This document shows positions 32,749 to 41,470 of a stretch of 64,000 nt of DNA, piece by piece. Source of the DNA: Aliarcobacter sp. (GTDB taxonomy: Bacteria; Campylobacterota; Campylobacteria; Campylobacterales; Arcobacteraceae); the NCBI GenBank assembly GCA_028703945.1, contig JAQVLW010000008.1:7288-71287 (forward strand). The letters are read 5' to 3'. The notes below the pieces were generated by a model. That model had not been told where the DNA came from. It saw only the letters and a program-made list of their open reading frames with translations, and did not search any database. The first letter of the stretch is position 1. Each line of letters opens with the position of its first letter. A program made the translations under genes and the position numbers.

Positions 32749-34620
32749 ATGGATTATGATGTAATTGTTGTTGGTGGTGGTCATGCAGGGATTGAAGCCT
32801 CACTAGCAAGTGCAAGAATGGGTAAAAAAACTCTTCTAATTACTATGTTAGTAGAGCAAATAGGAGCAGCTAGTTGTAACCCCGCAGTTGGAGGACTTGC
32901 AAAAGGTCACTTAGTTCGGGAACTTGATGCAATCGGTGGAGAAATGGGACTTTGTACTGATACAGCTGGTATTCAATTTAGAATATTAAATGCCTCAAAA
33001 GGTGCTGCTGTTCAAGGAAGTCGAGCTCAAATTGATATGGATAAATATAGAGAGTATATGAGAAAAGTTTGTCATAATACTCCTAATTTAGAAGTTTATC
33101 AAGATGAAGTATCTTCACTATTAGTAAATGATAAAAACGAAGTTTATGGCGTTAAAACAAAATTAACAGAAGAGTTCACTTCTAAAAAAGTTATCATAAC
33201 AACTGGAACTTTTATGAGAGGACTGATTCACATTGGTGAAAATAGTTATTCTGCTGGACGAGCTTGGGAATTACCATCTAGCACACTTTCAATTCAATTA
33301 AAAGAATTAGGTTTAAATGTTGGAAGATTAAAAACTGGAACTCCATCAAGAATTGATGCAAACTCTATTGATTTTTCTTCTATGGATATGCACGGTGGGG
33401 ATGTAAATCCCTCACCTTTTTCATTTAGAACAGATAAATCAAAATTTGCACCAATACAATTTCCCTGTTATATCACATATACAAATTTAGCTACCCATGA
33501 AAAAATATCTTCTAATTTTTATAGAGCGCCACTTTTCACAGGTCAAATTGAAGGACTTGGACCTAGATATTGCCCAAGTATTGAAGATAAAGTAAATAGA
33601 TTTAGCGAACGTGATAGACATCAACTATTTTTAGAACCACAAACTGCTATGTGTACAGAGTATTACATAAATGGTCTTAGTACATCTTTACCAATTGATG
33701 TTCAAAAAGAGATGATTCACTCAATAAAAGGTCTTGAAAATGCAAAAATTGTTAGATATGGTTATGCGATTGAATATGATTATATCGACCCAACTGAATT
33801 AAAACATACACTTGAAACTAAAAAATTAAAAAATCTTTATAATGCTGGTCAAATAAATGCGACAACAGGTTATGAAGAAGCCGCAGCTCAAGGATTAATG
33901 GCAGGAATTAATGCAGCACTTGCAATTGATGAAAAAGAGCCATTTATTCTAAGACGAGATGAAGCTTATATCGGAGTTTTAATTGATGATTTAGTTACAA
34001 AAGGAACTAATGAACCATATAGAATGTTTACATCACGTGCTGAATATAGACTTCTTTTAAGAGAAGAAAATGCTGATTTAAGATTATCTCAATATGGTCA
34101 TAATTTTGGTCTAATAGATGATAACACAATGGCAAAAGTAGAAAATAAAAGAAAAGTTATAGATGAAGCAATTGAGTTTATGGCAAAAGAATGGGTAACT
34201 TCTAAAAAAGAGACTTTAGAATTACTTGAATCAATTGGTGAAGAAAAAATAAATGATAAAGTTCTACTTGTAGATTTAATAGGTAGAAATACTATTGATG
34301 CACCTAAATTTGACAAATTAGTTCCTAGCCTTGCTTCAATTGATGAGTATTTAAAAGAGCAAATTATTATTGAAGCCAAATATTATAGATATATTCAAAA
34401 ACAACAAAAACAAATTGAAAAAATGAAAAAAATGTTAAAAGCAACTATTCCTGAGAACTTCTCTTTCAAAGGACTTGCTGGATTATCAAATGAAGTTATT
34501 GAAAAATTAGAAAAACATAGACCACCCACTTTATTTAATGCAAGTCTTATTTCTGGAATTACACCAGCGGCGCTTGATATTATTCATCTAAACATTAATG
34601 TAAAATGTCAGAAGCAATAA
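32749..34620 (+). CDS. mnmG: tRNA uridine 5-carboxymethylaminomethyl modification enzyme MnmG; last 4 codons and stop come from the transposon end
   Basis: [32 protein letters not shown] motifs; final TGT CAG AAG CAA TAA lies inside the left end. Confidence 0.97.
   Translation: MDYDVIVVGGGHAGIEASLASARMGKKTLLITMLVEQIGAASCNPAVGGLAKGHLVRELDAIGGEMGLCTDTAGIQFRILNASKGAAVQGSRAQIDMDKYREYMRKVCHNTPNLEVYQDEVSSLLVNDKNEVYGVKTKLTEEFTSKKVIITTGTFMRGLIHIGENSYSAGRAWELPSSTLSIQLKELGLNVGRLKTGTPSRIDANSIDFSSMDMHGGDVNPSPFSFRTDKSKFAPIQFPCYITYTNLATHEKISSNFYRAPLFTGQIEGLGPRYCPSIEDKVNRFSERDRHQLFLEPQTAMCTEYYINGLSTSLPIDVQKEMIHSIKGLENAKIVRYGYAIEYDYIDPTELKHTLETKKLKNLYNAGQINATTGYEEAAAQGLMAGINAALAIDEKEPFILRRDEAYIGVLIDDLVTKGTNEPYRMFTSRAEYRLLLREENADLRLSQYGHNFGLIDDNTMAKVENKRKVIDEAIEFMAKEWVTSKKETLELLESIGEEKINDKVLLVDLIGRNTIDAPKFDKLVPSLASIDEYLKEQIIIEAKYYRYIQKQQKQIEKMKKMLKATIPENFSFKGLAGLSNEVIEKLEKHRPPTLFNASLISGITPAALDIIHLNINVKCQKQ
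34601..34605 (+). repeat. Target-site duplication, left copy (TAAAA)
   Basis: TAAAA directly before TGT at 34606; identical 5-mer at 55304-55308 directly after ACA. Confidence 0.9.
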
Positions 34621-34675
34621 AAATTGATAATGAACCAATATAAATTGATAATATGTAAAATAAAAATTGATAATG
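34606..34675 (+). repeat. Transposon end with three contiguous TnsB-type sites
   Basis: CAATAAAAATTGATAAT (34615), CAATATAAATTGATAAT (34636), AAATAAAAATTGATAAT (34658); 21-22 bp period. Confidence 0.88.
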
Positions 34676-34690
34676 AGAGTTTAATCTAGC

Positions 34691-36382
34691 ATGGCAAAAA
34701 AGAAAAGTATCATTCCTGAGGTTATGGTAAATAATCCTGAGGATACTTTTCAATTCCTATTTCCCTTAAAAATAATACTTGATGAAGATAAATTTAGTAA
34801 TAGTCATTATGAAGTTGTTGTTAAAAATATGGATAGTAAAGAAGTATTTACTTATCAAGTATCTCCAGAACTTTTATTTACACATTATCCACTTTGTAAA
34901 TCATTTAAAAATGGTGAAAGAATTGAAAAAAATTCAAACAAAGATATTATTGATAAAAGCTTTATAATAAATACAAAACTTGTAAATGAGCATAATTTAA
35001 GAAAACTGACTGATATTTTAGATGATAAAAGTGTTGGGACTTTATTAGGTTGGAATCTTAAATATGTAAATAAAGCAAAATATATCAATTGCTATTTAAT
35101 TGAACAAGATAATATAAAAATTATCATTCCACACTTTGCAATAGGTATATATTACTATTTTAGGTTTTCTCAATTAAGAGAAGCTGTATTTGATTCTACT
35201 TTAAACGAACTATATATTATATGCGAAGATGATAGAGCTAATGCAAAAATAGTATTACCCACTTATAGAACAGATGAAGATGCAGCTTTTATACATAGAT
35301 TTGCTTGTCAAAAAAATGCAATTAAAGAGTTTGATAATGTATCTAGATATATCCATAACTATTTGAAATTTATGCAAGAAAACAATTTAGATAATGATAT
35401 ATATAAAATGCATTTGAAATTTAATTTCCCAACAAAAGAAGAATTCCAAATTGACACTAGAAGTTCACTTGTTACAAATAAAGAAACGAATGAACAGTAT
35501 TATTTTATTCATGAAATCACAAATGATTATTCAGATATAGGCTTTGAAAAACTAACAAAAATTATAGAAAAAAATAAAGTTATTTTAAATTTAGGAGATA
35601 TAGAAAATCTTCCAAAAGTAGAAAAAGATATTCCAAATGAAACATCTGAAGTATTAAAAATAACACATGCAAGTAAAAGAAATACTCAAACTTATCATCA
35701 AAAAGATAGAAAAAAAAGTTGTGGTAGTTTAAAAAACATTTCTATAGATGAAGAATCTTCAACTAGAGATATTATTAATGATTTACTAAAAATCTTCAAA
35801 GAGCAACAAACTGACAATATAACTGATCAAAGCTTAACAGAATCATCTTCAAAAGGCAATAAAACAATTAGAAAGGTAGTTATTTCAAGTGAATTTGTAA
35901 AATCAAAACCTTTAACTGAAATAGATAATTTTGTAGTTTTCAATCAATATATAAACTTTTTACAACAACGTGCTGATATAAAAGATTTTCATTTAAATGA
36001 AAAAAAAGATTTACCGCAATATATATTTGAAGATGATGAAACAAAAATCAATCCAAAATGTAAAATAAAAAAAAGACCTAGACAATATCTAACAGCAACA
36101 TTTAAATATGAAAATTCTTATGTTGGACTATTAGAATTAGAAAACAATCCATCTTCTGGAAATTCTACTTGGGTAATAATTTCTAACAAACCAATTAAAA
36201 CTGAACATTTTGAATTTTTTATGAATCTATATTTTAAAAAAGATATAGGAATAGATAATATAATAAAAAATCATTCTCAAACTAATCCTAAATTTGCTAA
36301 AAAGAATCATGAGAGAAATGAAAAATTAAATGAAATCCAACTTGGGAAATGGTATGCTGGGTTGCTAGGAAAAATTAAATAA
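34691..36382 (+). CDS. TnsE-like target selector (putative)
   Basis: 563 aa; IIIPHFAIGIYYYF segment and C-terminal RPRQYLTATF...VGLLELE...NSTWVI resemble TnsE regions; next to the transposon end. Confidence 0.55.
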   Translation: MAKKKSIIPEVMVNNPEDTFQFLFPLKIILDEDKFSNSHYEVVVKNMDSKEVFTYQVSPELLFTHYPLCKSFKNGERIEKNSNKDIIDKSFIINTKLVNEHNLRKLTDILDDKSVGTLLGWNLKYVNKAKYINCYLIEQDNIKIIIPHFAIGIYYYFRFSQLREAVFDSTLNELYIICEDDRANAKIVLPTYRTDEDAAFIHRFACQKNAIKEFDNVSRYIHNYLKFMQENNLDNDIYKMHLKFNFPTKEEFQIDTRSSLVTNKETNEQYYFIHEITNDYSDIGFEKLTKIIEKNKVILNLGDIENLPKVEKDIPNETSEVLKITHASKRNTQTYHQKDRKKSCGSLKNISIDEESSTRDIINDLLKIFKEQQTDNITDQSLTESSSKGNKTIRKVVISSEFVKSKPLTEIDNFVVFNQYINFLQQRADIKDFHLNEKKDLPQYIFEDDETKINPKCKIKKRPRQYLTATFKYENSYVGLLELENNPSSGNSTWVIISNKPIKTEHFEFFMNLYFKKDIGIDNIIKNHSQTNPKFAKKNHERNEKLNEIQLGKWYAGLLGKIK

Positions 36383-36475
36383 TTGGCATTCCTAATTAAT
36401 AATACTATATTATAATAGTTTTAATAGCTGTATTTATATATAGAAAGAAAAATATATTAATAAGCTTCAATTATT

Positions 36476-37513
36476 TCAAATAGTAAACTTGATATTATGT
36501 TTATTTTCATTTAATTCAAAAACAATTTCTTGCTTTGTATGTTTTATAATTTTTCTTTTACCATAATCAAACTCTTTATGATGATTAGGACATAAAATAA
36601 GTATATTTTCCTTGTTCTCACTACCTTTATCTTTTTTAGGAATAATATGTGCTGCTTCTATATAAAATGAACCATCACTTTTTTTAATCGTCTCATTACA
36701 TATTTGACATTTAAATTTTCTTTCTCGTTTTATTCTAGAAATTAAGACATTATTTCTCTTATAAACTTTCCCATTTAAGGTTATAGTTTCACTTATATTA
36801 TCTGTAAGATCTGGTATATCATGTATAGTTTGTTCTATTTCTTCTTGTTCTATTACATCATAGTTTATTTCTTCTTTTAAATAAATTTGGTAAATATTTT
36901 TTAGTACATCAATCTCTTTACTATAGATATTATCTTTTTCTAATTCCTTTAATTCATCAATTATAATTTCTTTTAAAATGTTCATGTCATCATAATAACT
37001 GATTCCTCTTTGTCCAACTAAACGATTTCCCTTAGTGTATTTTTTATACTTATCTGAATTTAAGTAGTATGGAAATCGTAACGATAAATTCTTGTTGGCT
37101 TTAATATTTGAAAATAAAGTATCATTTTCAAATTTTTCATATTTTGTCTCTTTTCTTGTTTCAAGAGTTTTAACATTAGCATAAATTCCAACAATTTGTC
37201 CCAAATTTATCTCTGTATTATTTGAATAAAATATAAATACTCCACCATTTAAAAATTTCCTAAATTTTGCATTATTGATTTCTACATAACCATAAATTTC
37301 ATTCTCAATATCAATACTTTTATCAAATTTAAAATTTAATGATTCATGCCCTGGAAACTTTTTAGCATATTTATGATGTGCTTTTGGATTTAGTAGAGGG
37401 TTCTCCCATCCACTATTATTCCATGACAAATTACCAATTACAATTGAATTTTTAATCATTTCAAATTTTCTTTCTTTATTTTGTATCAAATTGTTTGATA
37501 ATGTTTCCGTCAT
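36476..37513 (-). CDS. HNH endonuclease with uncharacterised N-terminal domain (type IV restriction-like); likely start 37459
   Basis: C-terminal CQIC...IEAAHIIP...ENILILCPNHHKEFD (McrA-like HNH). Confidence 0.8.
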   Translation of the reverse strand: MTETLSNNLIQNKERKFEMIKNSIVIGNLSWNNSGWENPLLNPKAHHKYAKKFPGHESLNFKFDKSIDIENEIYGYVEINNAKFRKFLNGGVFIFYSNNTEINLGQIVGIYANVKTLETRKETKYEKFENDTLFSNIKANKNLSLRFPYYLNSDKYKKYTKGNRLVGQRGISYYDDMNILKEIIIDELKELEKDNIYSKEIDVLKNIYQIYLKEEINYDVIEQEEIEQTIHDIPDLTDNISETITLNGKVYKRNNVLISRIKRERKFKCQICNETIKKSDGSFYIEAAHIIPKKDKGSENKENILILCPNHHKEFDYGKRKIIKHTKQEIVFELNENKHNIKFTI

Positions 37514-38456
37514 TATAAACTACAGCAAATCTATTATAATTAGTAGAGTTAATAACATCCATAAAATATTCTTGATTTATAGGAAATCCTTTAGTGGTAA
37601 TTTCATTTATGTTATAGTTTTCCTTAAAAAGATATGGGTTAACAATAAATTCTGATTTTTTATCTTTTGATATATATTCAATTCCAAATATAAAGTGAGG
37701 GAGTAGTCCTCCTTTAATACTAATTTCATTTTCATCAGAATAACGTGCTTTATAAGTTGGTAAATTGTATTTTTTACATAATCTACCAAAATAGCCAGAA
37801 TTTCTACTATATACAGCAAATTTAAGATAAGGCTTTGTTAATATAAAATGAAAAATTAATTGTTCACTATCTCCTGAAAAATCTAATGCTATTCTATGAT
37901 CTACTGTAGTCGAAATATAATGTGAATATTTTTCAACAGATGTACCCATTGTATGTAAATACGCATAATAATAATCTCTAATACTAAGTTTATCTCTAGG
38001 ATTAATTGATTGTATTACTTCTAAAAATTCACGCTCTGTTGTATTTTCAAAATATCTCTCAAACTCTGTATTTTCATCAAGAATTTCATCATTTATGGTG
38101 TTATATATAAAGTTAAATGTATCATCTGAAATATCATTAATATCCAATAAATAATTTCTTCTAAGTTCATTTTTATTATCTAATTTAGCTATATCATTAT
38201 AAAAATTTGATGCCTTATCTCCTACCATAAATAATTTATCAAAAACATCAAAAATAGAATTACAATTTAATCTACTCAGTTGATATTTCATTTTAATACC
38301 TCTGTAAAGCATTAAAATATCCTTATTATTTTCATTTATTAATTCAATACTCTTAGTTAAGATATCTTTTTCATCTAAGGTTAACTCTTTTTTAGTATTA
38401 CCATGAACAGTATAAGTATTTGATGGAATTTTATAAATATCCAAATTCTTCTCCAA
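37476..38456 (-). CDS. Putative R-S-E class ADP-ribosyltransferase
   Basis: Ordered motifs LYRG, YISTT and ENEISIKGG, like LT/CT A-subunit LYRA, YVSTS, EQEVSALGG; no signal peptide. Confidence 0.6.
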   Translation of the reverse strand: MEKNLDIYKIPSNTYTVHGNTKKELTLDEKDILTKSIELINENNKDILMLYRGIKMKYQLSRLNCNSIFDVFDKLFMVGDKASNFYNDIAKLDNKNELRRNYLLDINDISDDTFNFIYNTINDEILDENTEFERYFENTTEREFLEVIQSINPRDKLSIRDYYYAYLHTMGTSVEKYSHYISTTVDHRIALDFSGDSEQLIFHFILTKPYLKFAVYSRNSGYFGRLCKKYNLPTYKARYSDENEISIKGGLLPHFIFGIEYISKDKKSEFIVNPYLFKENYNINEITTKGFPINQEYFMDVINSTNYNRFAVVYNDGNIIKQFDTK

Positions 38457-38700
38457 AAATTTTAGTGATTATTTTATCTTATATTGACATGAATATATTT
38501 CTATAAATTCAAGTTATTTTAAAAATCTTATTATATAATCAACACGATTAAAGCACAACAGCTCTGCTAACGCTCTCACCCATTTGGGTATGTGAACCTG
38601 TATTTTTTAGTTACTTTGTGAATAGTTGCAATAGTATCTATACGAGGAGAGCAATATAGAAATTACACTATTGGAATTACATTATCAAAGGACAATCTAA

Positions 38701-39303
38701 GTGAATAGACTAGCTAATAAATCTTATGAGGCAATACGTCAAGAAGCAAAAGACTATGCTAAAACTCATAACCTAAAACTAACACTATCTCAAACAAAAG
38801 TTGCAAATTTTTATGGATTTAAAAACTTTTCAATTTTAAGAAAGTACTTTGATAAAAAATTACGTTCTAAAAAAGGAGATATTATGTTAGAACAATTAAA
38901 CAATATTAAAAAGAATTTAAAGAATATTAGAGAAAGAAAAGTTTCATCAAAAGAGATGCATGATTATCTGAATTCACTTAATCAAGAAGAATATTCAACT
39001 TTGGCTACTGCCTTTATAATTGGACGTCAGAGCTGGGATAGAGGAGTATATCAAGATAGTAATGAATGCTCTGCTTTCATAGAAGAAAATGAAGCTTATG
39101 GAATAAAGACGACAAGTCAAATGCTTGATGAAAAGTTTTTGACAAAAGAAGAAAGAAAAAAACAATACGATTTAACATATCAAATGGAAAAAAATGATGC
39201 TATAAAAATAGATAATTCTTACAATCATGATTGGCTTTCTTCTAAAACAAATTTAATAACTGAAACAGAAAAAGGGATTAAGCTAATAGAAGACTTAATA
39301 TAA
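38701..39303 (+). CDS. Hypothetical protein with a second strong internal start at 38884
   Basis: GTG start with AAGGA RBS; in-frame ATG at 38884 preceded by AAGGAG; helical motif YLNSLNQEEYSTLATAFIIGR (DUF3775-like, tentative). Confidence 0.6.
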   Translation: MNRLANKSYEAIRQEAKDYAKTHNLKLTLSQTKVANFYGFKNFSILRKYFDKKLRSKKGDIMLEQLNNIKKNLKNIRERKVSSKEMHDYLNSLNQEEYSTLATAFIIGRQSWDRGVYQDSNECSAFIEENEAYGIKTTSQMLDEKFLTKEERKKQYDLTYQMEKNDAIKIDNSYNHDWLSSKTNLITETEKGIKLIEDLI

Positions 39304-39307
39304 AAAG

Positions 39308-39329
39308 ACTGGAGCAATAATGTTCCAGT
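39308..39329 (+). terminator. Intrinsic terminator hairpin
   Basis: ACTGGAGCA-ATAA-TGTTCCAGT right after the 39303 stop, facing tniQ. Confidence 0.55.
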
Positions 39330-39411
39330 TTACTTAAAATTTTTTGGAGCTTGTAAAATAATCTTAACCTCCATACTATTTTATATTTAATTTTTTATAG
39401 TATTAATCTAT

Positions 39412-40596
39412 TTAATTAAATAAATGAAAATTATTTAAATTTTTATAAATTCTATTAAATCCTTTATGAATACTAGGATGACATCCAACAATTTCAGCAA
39501 CAGTTATAACATTAACTCGTTCACCTATAATTTCTAAATATTTTATTGCTCCGATAACTTCACTTTCAACTATTTCTCTGCCTTTTTTGTTTTCTATTGG
39601 CACTAAATCAAATATCAGATTTTTATACCAAAAAGAAGCATCTTTAAAGCCATGTAAAAAATCTCTATAAGTGATATGGTTTTCTTTTGCAAATTTTTGA
39701 AGATTGTGTGGATAGTTCTGGAATAAAAAGTAAATCATTGCCGTTAGGAAAAAATCTTTATAAATCATACTTACTTTTTTTGAACTATAATTTTCAAGTT
39801 TTTTGCAAAGATTCTTATACTCATTTATTAAAGGAAAATCATCTAAGATTAAACTTTCTTTTCTATCAAGTAAATAAACAAATCTTTTAAAACTATCAAA
39901 TACAAAAACCGAATGAACTTTTTGATTATTGATTATAAAATAGCCCTTATCTAAACCTTTTTCAAACCATTTTACAGTTTTTAGTCCATACTCATAGTTT
40001 GATTGGATTTTTGTAAAAAGTGTAGTACTTAAATCTTTTTCACATTTACTACAAACTGCTAGATTTTTATTATGTTTTATCTTTGAAAAATTAATCTTTT
40101 CATAACAAACCCAACATCTATCAGTTAAAAATATTTCATGTTTAGTACAAACATTATAAAATTGGTATCTCCATTTTTTCCTAAAATATGGAATTCTATC
40201 TTCAGCTAAACATTTTGGGCAATACATCAAGCCATAATGATTTCTTTTATCTACTAATCTTCTTATTTCATTAGGTGGGTATAGACAATTATTACAAATA
40301 TATAGAAAACCTTCTTCACTTCGAAGAGACATTTTAAAAATATCTTCTTTAGTCAAATTACTTTTATTTACTAAAGCTTCATATAATTTTTCATCATACA
40401 AAAAATCTATATCTGTCCTTGAAATCTGACTCCCCTCTTTTTTTACAAAAAGAGTTAAAAAAACTGAGAGTTGTCTTTTATGCTCAAGAGCAACTCGTGT
40501 AAGCCAAGAGCTTAATAATTCATCTGACAAAGGTTTTGGCACTATTAAAAAGAAATAGTCTTGAACCCAAGCATTATTTCTTTTTCTTTTTGACAT
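39412..40596 (-). CDS. tniQ: TniQ/TnsD-family target selector
   Basis: PKPLSDELLSSWLTR, YCPKCL...W...CTKH...L.DRCWVC zinc motifs; C-terminal HTH-like VAEIVGCHPS. Confidence 0.9.
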   Translation of the reverse strand: MSKRKRNNAWVQDYFFLIVPKPLSDELLSSWLTRVALEHKRQLSVFLTLFVKKEGSQISRTDIDFLYDEKLYEALVNKSNLTKEDIFKMSLRSEEGFLYICNNCLYPPNEIRRLVDKRNHYGLMYCPKCLAEDRIPYFRKKWRYQFYNVCTKHEIFLTDRCWVCYEKINFSKIKHNKNLAVCSKCEKDLSTTLFTKIQSNYEYGLKTVKWFEKGLDKGYFIINNQKVHSVFVFDSFKRFVYLLDRKESLILDDFPLINEYKNLCKKLENYSSKKVSMIYKDFFLTAMIYFLFQNYPHNLQKFAKENHITYRDFLHGFKDASFWYKNLIFDLVPIENKKGREIVESEVIGAIKYLEIIGERVNVITVAEIVGCHPSIHKGFNRIYKNLNNFHLFN

Positions 40597-40597
40597 T

Positions 40598-41467
40598 TTA
40601 TAACTTTGGTAAATATTCTATATCATCAATAATGATATATTCTCTTTTAGATTTGATTGCTTTAATTGCAGCTTTTTTTAATAGATTTACAGTTTTACCA
40701 ACCAACCCCTCTGATTGATAAAATAAAGCATTTAATAATTCTGAATTTTCAGCCATATTTGAAGCTTTTTTTAGAGGTAAACATCTTTCATAAGTAGCAA
40801 CAAATGACCTAAACTTTTTATCATTATTCCACCTTGGTAATTCAAGGGCAGGAAATCTTGAACCTGTTTCAGCTCCTATTGATAAGGCAGAATAAGCTTC
40901 TCTTGTACCTGCTAATACAATTGTTAGAGACAAACTATTACTTAACTGTTTTAAATCATCTATAAATGTTCTTTGCTTATTTAAATTTCCTCTTAATGCA
41001 CTATGTATTTCATCAATTAAAATCATTTTTGTACCAAGTTTATTCAAATAATGTTTTGCAAGATTTGCTTTTATTACTACTTTATCTGTTCTTTTTTGAG
41101 GTACACATAACTCATCTAAAATAAGACTATATAATCTGCTTTCATCAGGAATAGTTGGTGCTTGAAAATATATTATAGGTATTTCATAAATTGCTTCACC
41201 ATCTTTTGTGACATAATCAAGTTTTGTTTTATGTAGCTCATACATTCTTTTCAAAATTGCTGTTTTACCATTATTAGAATCTCCATAAACAAGTAATCCC
41301 TCATGTCTCATTTGAGGTGGGTCTAAAAATTTATCTTCTAAAATTTCTATTAATTTTACAGCTGAACCATAACCTATCCAATGGTCTTTTTTACAATATA
41401 AAATTCTCTCATCATCACTTTTACTTAAATATTCAAAAGCTTCTTTCGTTAAATTTCTATCATTCAT
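40598..41467 (-). CDS. tnsC: TnsC (TniB-type) AAA+ transposition regulator
   Basis: HWIGY, Walker A GDSNNGKT, Walker B ILIDEIH; compact 289 aa. Confidence 0.92.
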   Translation of the reverse strand: MNDRNLTKEAFEYLSKSDDERILYCKKDHWIGYGSAVKLIEILEDKFLDPPQMRHEGLLVYGDSNNGKTAILKRMYELHKTKLDYVTKDGEAIYEIPIIYFQAPTIPDESRLYSLILDELCVPQKRTDKVVIKANLAKHYLNKLGTKMILIDEIHSALRGNLNKQRTFIDDLKQLSNSLSLTIVLAGTREAYSALSIGAETGSRFPALELPRWNNDKKFRSFVATYERCLPLKKASNMAENSELLNALFYQSEGLVGKTVNLLKKAAIKAIKSKREYIIIDDIEYLPKL

Positions 41468-41470
41468 AAA

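Noticed and set aside
37476-38456. Secreted AB5 enterotoxin
   Set aside because: No signal peptide, no B-subunit gene and no A1/A2 disulfide-loop pattern seen
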